Notes: generated from the letters alone by a model not told the origin. A stretch of DNA of 24,000 bases from Moorella naiadis (nom. illeg.) (GCF_051020825.1 NZ_JAXGFQ010000009.1:42387-66386), one strand, 5' to 3'; positions 1 to 8,005 are shown, counted from the stretch's first letter. Numbers and translations: made by a program.

Positions 1-2
1 CC

Positions 3-1046
3 CAGAACATTAAAAACCCGGAGGCCAAGCAAACTAGAAGTATTCGCCGGCTCCGGGCCGACTTCCGCATCGCCCTTACCGGCACGCCGGTAGAAAACAA
101 CCTGGGGGAGCTCTGGTCCCTGATGGAGTTTTTAAACCCCGGCTACCTGGGCAGCCAGGCCGGTTTTCGCAGTCGCTTCATGATCCCCATTGAACGCTAT
201 GGTGACGGGGAGCGGGCCGCCTGCCTAAAACGCCTGGTGCAACCCTTTATTTTACGCCGGCTCAAAAGTGACCCGGCCATCATCCAGGACCTGCCGGCCA
301 AACAGGAGATCAAGGTTTACTGCCACCTGACCCGGGAGCAAGCGACTCTTTATGAAGCCGTGGTCCAGGATATGCTCCAGAGGATAGAGACGGCGGCAGG
401 AATTGAACGCAAAGGGCTGGTCCTGGCCACCCTGGCCAAATTGAAGCAGGTCTGCAACCATCCGGCCCAATTCCTTGGTGACGGCAGCACCCTATTCGGT
501 CGCTCCGGGAAATTAGCCCGGCTGCAGGAGATGCTGGAAGAAGTCCTGGCAGCCGGGGAGAAGGCACTAATTTTTACCCAGTTCGCCGTGATGGGGCAGA
601 TGCTCCAGGAGTGCCTGCAGGAGGTTTTTAACCGGGAGGTCCTTTTCCTCCACGGCGGTGTGCCCCGCTCCCGGCGGGAGGAGCTAATCCGGCGTTTCCA
701 GGAAGAAGGGGAGGGACTGCCCTTCTTTATCCTTTCCCTCAAGGCCGGTGGGGTGGGCCTTAACCTTACCCGGGCCAACAATGTCTTTCACTTTGACCGC
801 TGGTGGAATCCGGCCGTGGAAGACCAGGCTACCGACCGCGCCTTCCGCATCGGCCAGCAAAGGAGCGTCCAGGTATACAAGTTTATCTGCGCCGGGACCC
901 TGGAGGAACGTATTGATGCCCTGATTGAGTCTAAACGCGGCCTGGCCCGGCAAATCGTTGGCACGGGTGAAGGCTGGCTGACGGAGATGTCGACGGGTGA
1001 ACTGCGGGAACTCCTGAGCCTGAGGGATCAAGGAGTTGAGCTTTAA
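3..1046 (+). CDS. SNF2/Rad54-family helicase, C-terminal part (5' end lies outside the window)
   Basis: Frame 3 is open from nt 3, upstream of the track's Met at 123. It translates as [50 protein letters not shown], typical of the SNF2_N region. Helicase-C motifs are present: KALIFTQF and [42 protein letters not shown]. Confidence 0.9.
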   Translation, partial: QNIKNPEAKQTRSIRRLRADFRIALTGTPVENNLGELWSLMEFLNPGYLGSQAGFRSRFMIPIERYGDGERAACLKRLVQPFILRRLKSDPAIIQDLPAKQEIKVYCHLTREQATLYEAVVQDMLQRIETAAGIERKGLVLATLAKLKQVCNHPAQFLGDGSTLFGRSGKLARLQEMLEEVLAAGEKALIFTQFAVMGQMLQECLQEVFNREVLFLHGGVPRSRREELIRRFQEEGEGLPFFILSLKAGGVGLNLTRANNVFHFDRWWNPAVEDQATDRAFRIGQQRSVQVYKFICAGTLEERIDALIESKRGLARQIVGTGEGWLTEMSTGELRELLSLRDQGVEL

Positions 1047-1071
1047 GGGAAATCGTTGCGGAGGTTGAAAT

Positions 1072-1977
1072 ATGGCTGCCAGGTGTAATTTCGGTAGCAA
1101 CTGGTGGGCCCGGCGCTGGCTGGAGGTGCTGGAGTCCTTCGGCTGGGAGAGCCGCCTGCAACGGGGCCGGACCTATGCCCGCCGGGGCAACGTTCTGAGT
1201 ATTGATCTGGCCCCCGGTACGGTGAAAGCCAAGGTCCAGGGGAGCCGGCCACGGCCCTATACGGTCAAAATAAAAATCAGCCCCCTGACCGATAGAGATT
1301 GGGAGCGGGTTATAACAGCCCTGGCTGGCCAGGCTGCCTTTGCCGCCCGCTTGCTGGCTGGTGAGATGCCGGAGGATATTGAGACCGCCTTTGCCGGGGC
1401 GAGCCTCTCCCTTTTCCCAGCTAGCCCGGAAGATATCGAAACCAGCTGCTCCTGCCCCGATTGGGCTAACCCCTGTAAACATATCGCCGCCGTCTATTAC
1501 CTCCTGGGGGAAAAGTTTGACGGTGACCCTTTCCTGCTCTTTCTTCTGCGCGGCCGGGACCAGGAAGCCTTGATGGCCGCCCTGCGGGAGCGGCGCGTCA
1601 CCCTGGCTGGGGGCAGCCCGTCACCGCCTGCCGTTAATCGGGAGGAGAATGCCTCCACGAACGGGGATGAACCGGCCAATAACGGGCGGGGACAGGGGCA
1701 AGCGAAGGAATTGCCGCCCGATCCAGTTGCCTTCTGGAGGGCCGGGGACGATCTGGCCGCTTTTAAGGTACATATGGCACCCCCGGCAGTACCTCGGATG
1801 GTTTTAAAACGCCTGGGACCGCCGCCCCTGGGACGCGAAGCCCCGGAGTTTTACCGGCTGTTAGAAAGCTATTACGAAGAAATATCCCGCCAGGCTTATG
1901 AACTGGCCTTTGCCGCCGGCGAGGCCGGGGAAAAAATTGTCTCCAACCGCCAGCCGGTGTATAATAACCAAAAATAG
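1072..1977 (+). CDS. SWIM zinc-finger domain protein
   Basis: The CxCx(n)CxH signature is present in SCSCPDWANPCKHIAAVYYLL. GGAGG lies 7 nt upstream of the ATG. The gene sits directly downstream of the SNF2 helicase, a commonly conserved pairing. Confidence 0.8.
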   Translation: MAARCNFGSNWWARRWLEVLESFGWESRLQRGRTYARRGNVLSIDLAPGTVKAKVQGSRPRPYTVKIKISPLTDRDWERVITALAGQAAFAARLLAGEMPEDIETAFAGASLSLFPASPEDIETSCSCPDWANPCKHIAAVYYLLGEKFDGDPFLLFLLRGRDQEALMAALRERRVTLAGGSPSPPAVNREENASTNGDEPANNGRGQGQAKELPPDPVAFWRAGDDLAAFKVHMAPPAVPRMVLKRLGPPPLGREAPEFYRLLESYYEEISRQAYELAFAAGEAGEKIVSNRQPVYNNQK

Positions 1978-1995
1978 CAACAGGAGGGCAAAAGA

Positions 1996-2439
1996 ATGCA
2001 CATAACCGTAACCTGGGCGGGGGAAAAGATGCGCCTTGAGGGCCGGGGTGCTTCCGGCCAACCGGTGACTATGGATGCTGGAGCCGACCACGGCGGCCAG
2101 AACGCCGGGGCCAGGCCTTCGGAAGTGCTTCTCATGGGTATGGCCGGTTGTACGGCCTTGGATGTCCTGAGCATTCTCCAGAAAAAACGCCTCGAACTGA
2201 CTTCCTTTGCCATCGACGTCGAGGCCGACCGGGCGCCGGAGCATCCGAAGGTATTTACCGCCGCTACCCTTATCTACCGCCTGGAGGGGCCCGACCTGCC
2301 CGAGAACCAGGTAAAGCAGGCCATCGACCTCTCTCTAAGTAAATACTGCGGTATGGTCAATACCCTGAAGAAGGCTATGCCCGTCTCCTACTGCTATGAG
2401 ATCAACGGTAACCGCAGCGCCGTGGCCCCGGCGCCTTAA
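1996..2439 (+). CDS. OsmC/Ohr-family (peroxiredoxin-like) protein
   Basis: 147 aa with the two conserved Cys contexts of OsmC-like proteins (LLMGMAGCTALDV and SKYCGMV). The RBS AGGAGGG precedes the ATG. Confidence 0.8.
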   Translation: MHITVTWAGEKMRLEGRGASGQPVTMDAGADHGGQNAGARPSEVLLMGMAGCTALDVLSILQKKRLELTSFAIDVEADRAPEHPKVFTAATLIYRLEGPDLPENQVKQAIDLSLSKYCGMVNTLKKAMPVSYCYEINGNRSAVAPAP

Positions 2440-2535
2440 TATGGTGCCAGATCACGAATTAATTATGTTACTGTTCGCTGGAACTATGCTCGCCGGTTTA
2501 TGACCAACTGGTGCAGGCTTGACGGGGGTAGTATC

Positions 2536-3090
2536 ATGGGGGTCTCCGAATCCGTTCCCGGTACTGGCCCGGGTGCTCCTGGGCTGAATAACTACCAGCA
2601 ACAGCTAGAGTACCTCATGCGCCGTTTCGGCGACAAGGTCCTCTACCTGGCTTACTCTTACCTCCATGACCGCTACCTGGCCGAAGACGTGGCCCAGGAG
2701 GTTTTTATCCGGGTTTATACCAACCTGGATAAATTTCAGGGCCGCAGCTCTATCTATACCTGGATCTATCACATCACCGTCAACCTCTGCCGTGACTACC
2801 TGCGGGCCCAGAGCCGGCGGCGCCTGGAGCCGAATAGGTTATTGGAGGTTGCCGTCCCGGATGTTGAGGCTATGGCCCTGGCCAACCTCGAGTACCGGGA
2901 ATTATGGCAGGCTATTTTACAGCTTCCTGTGACCTACCGCGAGGTAATCTGGCTACACTACTACGACCAGTTAAGCCTGAAAGATATAGCAGCTATACTG
3001 GACATTTCCCTGGCAGCGGTAAAGATCCGCCTATATCGCGCCCGGCAACGGCTGCAACAGGTTTTAAAGGTGGGTGACCAAGTTGAATAA
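2536..3090 (+). CDS. ECF-type RNA polymerase sigma-70 factor
   Basis: Region 2 is AEDVAQEVFIRVYTNLDKFQGRSSIYTWIYHITVNLCRDYLR. Region 4 helix-turn-helix is LSLKDIAAILDISLAAVKIRLYRARQRL. I prefer the ATG at 2536 (GGGGGT 8 nt upstream) over the track's 2500, which has no SD. The start is uncertain. Confidence 0.8.
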   Translation: MGVSESVPGTGPGAPGLNNYQQQLEYLMRRFGDKVLYLAYSYLHDRYLAEDVAQEVFIRVYTNLDKFQGRSSIYTWIYHITVNLCRDYLRAQSRRRLEPNRLLEVAVPDVEAMALANLEYRELWQAILQLPVTYREVIWLHYYDQLSLKDIAAILDISLAAVKIRLYRARQRLQQVLKVGDQVE

Positions 3091-3781
3091 GCATAAGGAT
3101 CAACTTGAGGAACTGCTGGCCGGACTACCAACCCATACGCCGCCGCCCCTGGCCGGCTGGCACTTCTCAGCGGACCTGCGCCAACAAGTACAAAAGCGGG
3201 CAGCCTCATTACAGGACTCACCGCAGGACCAGATCCATCAAGCAGGCAACGGGGGGGGTTGCGGCGGCGCTATTCCCGGATTGACTATACCGGTACTGGC
3301 TTGCTCCTCCCCCAAGAAAGTTTCCCCGGGTCTCTTGTGCCGGTTACGGCATTTCCGGCCGGGCCTAGTTGCAGGCCTGATTGTAATATTTGTTTTGCTG
3401 GCCTGGTGGTATCGACCGTGGGATGGCAACTACTGGTCAGAGGTACCCGGCGGGCCGCCGGCGGGTTTCCAGGTCAAACCCATCCAGTACCAGTGGGTTA
3501 ATCTGAATGACCCCTACCGGGAAGCTGTAGTCAGCATTGGCAGGGTGGCAGGCTCCAACCAGCTCCTGGCGGCTATAAGTAAACGACGGGAACCGGCGGG
3601 CTGGCAACTGATTTATACCCAGCCCTTGAACGCTTACCTGGTGCTGCCGGTAAAGGTAGTCCACGCTAACGCTAACCAGGTTACCCTGATCCTCATCGCT
3701 TATCAGGAACAGCAGGAGGAGGGTTACCGTTACCTAATCCTCAGCTTTGATGGTGAAAGGGTAATACCATATAACCAGTAA
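3074..3781 (+). CDS. Putative membrane-anchored anti-sigma factor
   Basis: The GTG start overlaps the sigma gene stop by 17 nt, suggesting translational coupling. A single hydrophobic span (LVAGLIVIFVLLAWW) separates a short N-terminal cytoplasmic part from an extracytoplasmic domain. The call rests on position and topology only; I recognised no family motif. Confidence 0.5.
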   Translation: MTKLNKHKDQLEELLAGLPTHTPPPLAGWHFSADLRQQVQKRAASLQDSPQDQIHQAGNGGGCGGAIPGLTIPVLACSSPKKVSPGLLCRLRHFRPGLVAGLIVIFVLLAWWYRPWDGNYWSEVPGGPPAGFQVKPIQYQWVNLNDPYREAVVSIGRVAGSNQLLAAISKRREPAGWQLIYTQPLNAYLVLPVKVVHANANQVTLILIAYQEQQEEGYRYLILSFDGERVIPYNQ

Positions 3782-3969
3782 CTTGGAGGTGACGTGCGTG
3801 TTGGCGATAGGGGTGAGACTGGTTCCCTGAGGGCGCCTTTGGGCGTGAGTATCAAGACTAAGGACAAGCACGGCCGCCTGCCTGCGAGCCGAAGGGTCGA
3901 GCTACGGCCGCGCCCCAAGCCGGGCGAGTTCGCTTCCAAGCATAAGCAAGCATAAGCAGGAAGAAAAAC

Positions 3970-3995
3970 CGGACGGTGTACCGTCTGTTTTTTTT
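3970..3995 (+). terminator. Rho-independent terminator
   Basis: cggacgg-tgta-ccgtctg forms a 7-bp stem (one G.U) with a tetraloop, followed by T8 at 3988-3995. An A-run precedes it, so it could act bidirectionally. Confidence 0.8.
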
Positions 3996-4070
3996 CACCG
4001 GGGCTGTAACCCCCCGGGCCTGGTTGACGTCTATAAGATTGTAATTATTTTTCTGGCGAGGTGGTTGCCT

Positions 4071-5234
4071 GTGGCAAAGAGATTATGGCTGGTGCTAGTT
4101 ACTGTTTTCTGTACCCTGGGACTTCTCCTCACCCCCTTGTTAACGCCGGCCCGGGCCAGCAACGGCCTGCTGCTCGCGACAGATTTCCCGGGTATTGAAG
4201 TGCAGCCGGGAACTACTGTCACCTTTCCCTTGACCCTGACCAACAGTGGTGCGCCGCAAAAGGTGGATCTAAAGGTAGTCTCAGCTCCTAAAGGCTGGCC
4301 GACCTCTTTTAAAGGCAGCGGCATGATCGTCACCCAGGCCTTCGCCGGCAGCCAGCCGGCCAAAATCGACTTCCAAGTGGAAGTACCGGGCGACGCCCAG
4401 CCCGGCAGTTATAACTTTGTAGTCCAGGCCACCGGGGCCGGGGCCTCCTCCGAATTAACCCTGCAGGCAGTCATTAAAGAAGCTTCTGCGGGGGGTGATA
4501 AGATAACCACCGATTACCCGGTTTTAAGCGGTACCAGCAGCACTAATTACCAGTTCCGGGTAACCCTCACCAATAATGGTGCCCAGGAACGTTCCTACAG
4601 CCTGGCCGCCCAGGCGCCGCCGGGTTGGCAGGTAACCTTCAGCCCCGCCTATGACAGCAAGCAGATTGCCAGCCTGAGCATCAAACCAGGCCAGAACCAG
4701 GGGCTGGATGTCAACGTGAAACCGCCCCAGGATGTCAAGGCCGGTACCTATAATATTCCCATCCAGGCTACCTCCGGCAGCAGCAAGGCGGGGGTAGTAT
4801 TAAAGGTCAACATCACCGGAACCTATAGCCTGGAGTTGACGACCCCCGACGGCCGGTTGAACGTCGACGCCCTGGCCGGTAGGGAGAGCCCGGTGACCCT
4901 GGTGGTCAAGAATACCGGTAGCGCCGACTTGACAGGCATTACCCTGGCGGCCAACGCCGCCAGCAGCTGGGCCGTGACCTTCAAACCCGATAAGATCGAC
5001 TTGTTGCCGGCCGGGGGCAGCCAGCAGGTGACGGCCTTTATCAAGCCGTCTAACGAAGCCATTGCCGGTGATTATGTCGTCCGGCTCACGGCCAATGCCC
5101 AGGAGGCCAGCGGTAACGCCGATTTCCGGGTCAGCGTGCGGACCTCCACCCTATGGGGCGTTGTAGGGGTTTTGCTGATCTTGGCGGTAGTCGGCGGCGT
5201 GGCCTGGATCTTCCGGAAATACGGGCGGCGATAG
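4071..5234 (+). CDS. Secreted/membrane-anchored NEW3 (CARDB-like) repeat protein associated with an ABC transporter
   Basis: It has an N-terminal signal-like segment ([25 protein letters not shown]). Repeated beta-sandwich-type modules follow the pattern '[11 protein letters not shown]...Q..L......GW...F'. A C-terminal TM anchor ([21 protein letters not shown]) is followed by RKYGRR. GTG 4071 lies 7 nt after GAGGTG; the track's TTG 4065 is too close to the SD. Confidence 0.7.
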   Translation: MAKRLWLVLVTVFCTLGLLLTPLLTPARASNGLLLATDFPGIEVQPGTTVTFPLTLTNSGAPQKVDLKVVSAPKGWPTSFKGSGMIVTQAFAGSQPAKIDFQVEVPGDAQPGSYNFVVQATGAGASSELTLQAVIKEASAGGDKITTDYPVLSGTSSTNYQFRVTLTNNGAQERSYSLAAQAPPGWQVTFSPAYDSKQIASLSIKPGQNQGLDVNVKPPQDVKAGTYNIPIQATSGSSKAGVVLKVNITGTYSLELTTPDGRLNVDALAGRESPVTLVVKNTGSADLTGITLAANAASSWAVTFKPDKIDLLPAGGSQQVTAFIKPSNEAIAGDYVVRLTANAQEASGNADFRVSVRTSTLWGVVGVLLILAVVGGVAWIFRKYGRR

Positions 5235-5236
5235 CT

Positions 5237-6211
5237 ATGGCGGCACAGGAAGCAGTTATTGTCACCCGCAACCTTACTAAGCATTATGGCAGCATCACCG
5301 CTGTCCAGGATTTGAACCTGGAAATCCAGCGGGGGGAGATCTTCGGTTTGTTGGGACCCAATGGTGCCGGTAAGACGACCACCATCCTGATGCTCCTGGG
5401 CCTGACCGAGCCGACCGGCGGCCAGGCCCTGGTGCAGGGTCTGGAAGCCACCCGCCATCCATTGGAGGTTAAAAGAATCATCGGCTACCTGCCGGATAAC
5501 GTCGGTTTTTACGACGATTTGACGGCCAGGGAAAACCTGCTCTATACGGCCAGTTTAAACCAGATCCCTGCGGGTGTGGCCAGGCAGAGATTGGAAGCAG
5601 CCCTGGCGGAGGTTGGCCTGGCGGACGTCGCCGGCCGCCGGGTACGGGAGTTCTCCCGCGGCATGCGGCAACGCCTGGGCATCGCCGATGTAATCCTGAA
5701 AGACCCGTCGATCATTATTCTCGACGAACCCACCCTGGGGATTGATCCCCAGGGCGTCAAGGAATTACTGGACCTAATTGTCCGCCTAGCCCGGGAGCGG
5801 GGGAAGACCATCCTTATCTCCTCCCACCTTCTGCACCAAGTCCAGCAGGTCTGCGACCGGGTGGGAATCTTTGTCGGCGGCAAGCTGATAGCCGTAGGAC
5901 CGGTGGCCCTCCTGGGGCAGCAGGTCATGGCTGGTAAGCTTCTGGAGGTTGAACTCCAGGCCGAGCCGGATAATAACGACCTGCTGGCTGCCCTGGAGGC
6001 CTTGCCCGGTGTGGCCGCCGTAGAACGTCGCGGTGCCTTTATCCGGGTGAGCTGCGCGGCCGGCGTTGATATCCGCCGTGAACTGGCCCCCTACCTGGCC
6101 GGCAAGGGATTTACCCTGTTCTATTTACGGGCCCGAGGTTATGACCTGGATGATATCTACCGCCAGTATTTCCAGGGTGAGGCGTTCACGGTGCACGCTG
6201 CCACTAGCTAA
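5237..6211 (+). CDS. ABC transporter ATP-binding protein
   Basis: Walker [10 protein letters not shown], signature-like FSRGMRQRL, Walker B IIILDEPT and H-loop SSHLL are present. The ATG at 5237 gives the canonical N-terminus ([18 protein letters not shown]). The track's 5153 start would overlap the upstream gene by 82 nt. Confidence 0.9.
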   Translation: MAAQEAVIVTRNLTKHYGSITAVQDLNLEIQRGEIFGLLGPNGAGKTTTILMLLGLTEPTGGQALVQGLEATRHPLEVKRIIGYLPDNVGFYDDLTARENLLYTASLNQIPAGVARQRLEAALAEVGLADVAGRRVREFSRGMRQRLGIADVILKDPSIIILDEPTLGIDPQGVKELLDLIVRLARERGKTILISSHLLHQVQQVCDRVGIFVGGKLIAVGPVALLGQQVMAGKLLEVELQAEPDNNDLLAALEALPGVAAVERRGAFIRVSCAAGVDIRRELAPYLAGKGFTLFYLRARGYDLDDIYRQYFQGEAFTVHAATS

Positions 6212-6323
6212 TAAGGGATAGAAGCGACCAACGAGCTTTAATCTGGAACTGGCGTGACCAGTTCCTACAACCCTCTCACATCTCACCGCCAACATCTCAC
6301 ATCTATTCTGAGGGAGGTATACC

Positions 6324-7328
6324 ATGGCACGCTGGCAGGATAGAGTAGAGGACTGGCTGGCCTGGTGGCGGCAGCAGGAGTGGTTCAGCGGCGGTCTGCG
6401 GGCTGTTTTCCAGAAGGAACTGGCTGATAACCTGGGCAGCACCCGCTTTACCATCCTCTTCCTCCTAGTGGCTATTGCCGGTATCAGCGCCTTTTATGTC
6501 GCGGCCCAAAGCATCCGCCAGGCGGTAGGTCAGGAGAATTCCCATTTTGTCTTCCTGCGCCTCTTTACAACCAGCGGCAGGAACCTACCGCCCTTTATAA
6601 CTTTTATCTCTTTTCTGGGCCCGTTGCTGGGACTGGCCTTGGGTTTCGATGCCATTAACGGCGAGCACAATAAACGCACCTTGAGCCGGCTCCTGGCCCA
6701 GCCCATTTACCGAGATGATGTAATAAATGGTAAGTTCCTGGCGGGACTGACGGTTTTGGCCCTAGTCATTCTGGCCCTGGGATTTCTAGTGGCCGGCCTA
6801 GGACTCCTTTTGCTTGGCGTCCCGCCGACAGGGGAGGAACTGGGCCGACTCCTCATTTATCTCCTGGTGACTATTATCTATGTGTCTTTCTGGTTGAGCG
6901 TCTCCCTGCTCTTTTCCCTGTTATTCCGCCAGAATGCCACCTCAGCCCTGGCGGGCATCGCCGTCTGGCTCTTTTTCGCCCTCTTTGCCGGCATGCTGGT
7001 AGGCCTTATTGCCGACGGCCTTTTCCCGGCCAATCAAAACTCCCCGCCACAGCAGATCCTGCATAACGCCACTTTGAAGCAGGACCTGGGCCGCCTTTCG
7101 CCGACGACCCTTTACGATGAAGCCACCATCACCCTGCTCAATCCGGGGGTGCGCACCCTGGGGCCGGTATTAGTCCAGCAGCTGGAGGGGGCCATCCCGG
7201 GCAGCCTGCCCCTTGACCAGAGCCTACTCCTTATATGGCCCCACCTGGTCGGGCTGATCGCGGCTACCCTGCTTATTTTCGCCCTGGCCTATTACTTCTT
7301 CATGCGCCAGGAGATCCGGGCCGGGTGA
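6324..7328 (+). CDS. ABC-2-type transporter permease
   Basis: 334 aa with several hydrophobic spans and a large first loop, typical of ABC-2 permeases partnered with the preceding ATPase. The RBS GGGAGG precedes the ATG. Confidence 0.75.
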   Translation: MARWQDRVEDWLAWWRQQEWFSGGLRAVFQKELADNLGSTRFTILFLLVAIAGISAFYVAAQSIRQAVGQENSHFVFLRLFTTSGRNLPPFITFISFLGPLLGLALGFDAINGEHNKRTLSRLLAQPIYRDDVINGKFLAGLTVLALVILALGFLVAGLGLLLLGVPPTGEELGRLLIYLLVTIIYVSFWLSVSLLFSLLFRQNATSALAGIAVWLFFALFAGMLVGLIADGLFPANQNSPPQQILHNATLKQDLGRLSPTTLYDEATITLLNPGVRTLGPVLVQQLEGAIPGSLPLDQSLLLIWPHLVGLIAATLLIFALAYYFFMRQEIRAG

Positions 7329-7461
7329 TGTTTGCTATTTTGCTATAATCTCTTTTCCCAGGAGACGGAGCGAAACGCAAGCGAAGCGAAGGGAAACCTA
7401 ACCTGCCGGGGGCCTGAGGGGATTTCCACGGGTTATAGCGGCCGGCAGAATAAGAGAATGA

Positions 7462-7491
7462 GGACAGCAAAATTAGCTGCCCTCGTTTTTT
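7462..7491 (+). terminator. Weak Rho-independent terminator, probable end of the ABC operon
   Basis: ggacagc-aaaatta-gctgccc forms an imperfect stem (4 bp, one mismatch, 2 bp), followed by tcg and T6. Confidence 0.35.
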
Positions 7492-7531
7492 ATGATTATA
7501 TTTACGGCTTAAAAATTTAATACAGGTTATT

Positions 7532-7560
7532 GGAGGATTTAGGTAAACTATGTCGAAATA
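7532..7560 (+). promoter_or_regulatory. Sigma-H (Spo0H)-like promoter motif, copy A
   Basis: ggAGGATTT, an 11-nt spacer, then gtcGAAAta. The remembered consensus is RnAGGAwWW-N11-12-RnnGAATww, so there is one mismatch in the -10 (GAAA instead of GAAT). Confidence 0.4.
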
Positions 7561-7630
7561 CGAAAAAAATAGTATCCAATAAAGGAGCCAAGGCAATGTT
7601 ATATATCTCAATAAATACCATAAATTCCCT

Positions 7631-7647
7631 GGGGGGGGGGGGGGGGG
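7631..7647 (+). repeat. Homopolymeric G17 tract
   Basis: I counted 17 consecutive G. The flanks (ccct / ATATTTTACCA) are conserved with copy B. Confidence 0.95.
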
Positions 7648-7927
7648 ATATTTTACCACCCCCACCAGAAAAAACAACTACCTTATAGTTATATTATCAT
7701 CCCCCTCTTTCTCTTTTGCTATTTTTATCTATCTTGTGATTCCTCCAGCCTGTCTTGCGATCTGGGGCCGCAAGACCCTATCTTACCATATACCCCCTCC
7801 CCTCTTTATCTTCCAGGTGATTTATTACGTTTACGATCGTTACGCTCGCCACCATTCCTCTGATCAGGGTTGCCTTATTACCTTCAGCTGCAAGTGATAA
7901 TTACCGCGGCTTACAGGAGGCAATGCC

Positions 7928-7990
7928 ATGAGCAGAGGCCTATTGGAGATGGGAGTCACTAAAGTGCGCCTCAGCAGCAAAGAAATCTAA
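7928..7990 (+). pseudogene. 20-codon remnant of an HD-GYP gene 5' end (may act as a uORF)
   Basis: AGGAGG is followed 8 nt later by an ATG. The peptide MSRGLLEMGVTKVRLSSKEI* aligns with the N-terminus of the HD-GYP protein at 19484 (MSKDSSFMGARIVPRLTINY), and nucleotide homology continues upstream. It stops 15 nt before the CheY start. Confidence 0.5.
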
Positions 7991-8005
7991 CTGGAGGCAA
8001 ATTTA

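Larger units (their letters stand above)
7500..7990 (+). repeat. Copy A of a diverged leader element about 0.5 kb long (partner at 18970-19545)
   Basis: Colinear blocks are shared with copy B: cgcttaaaa; TGGAGGATTTAGGTAAA (17/17 identical); TGTCGAA; CCAATAAAG-AG; the poly-G; ATATTTTACCAnCC..ACCAGAAAAAA; CCTCCrGCCTGTCT...GCAAG.CC.TATCTT.CC; CAGCTG.AAGT; and gccATGAGCArAG. Confidence 0.8.

Noticed and set aside
350-1482. Minus-strand ORFs (350-781, 684-1100, 931-1482) overlapping the SNF2 and SWIM genes
   Set aside because: They are antisense to well-supported genes, have low-complexity Pro/Arg/Gly-rich translations, and lack an SD.
5153-5236. The track's upstream start for the ABC ATPase
   Set aside because: It would overlap the preceding gene by 82 nt and add a non-homologous Arg/Gly-rich extension. 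ATG 5237 gives the canonical ABC N-terminus.
7631-7647. The poly-G tracts as sequencing or assembly artefacts, such as two-colour chemistry poly-G
   Set aside because: Both tracts sit at the same position in two independently diverged copies, with conserved unique sequence on both sides. That pattern is not expected for read-end artefacts. The exact lengths could still be miscalled.
7541-7665. An invertible promoter switch (inverton) bounded by GGTAAA...TTTACC inverted repeats around the G tract
   Set aside because: The inverted repeat shared by both copies is only about 7-10 bp (ggtaaa.tat / ata.tttacc). The longer pairing seen in copy B (gtaggatgg / ccatccctac) is not preserved in copy A. 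No recombinase gene is nearby. I keep it only as a remote possibility, testable with read-orientation analysis.
7500-7990. The leader copies as an IS element, a MITE or a prophage att repeat
   Set aside because: I saw no transposase or integrase in the window, no terminal inverted repeats and no flanking target-site duplication. The homology extends into the start of a host gene. The 11-kb segment between the copies contains ordinary signalling operons.
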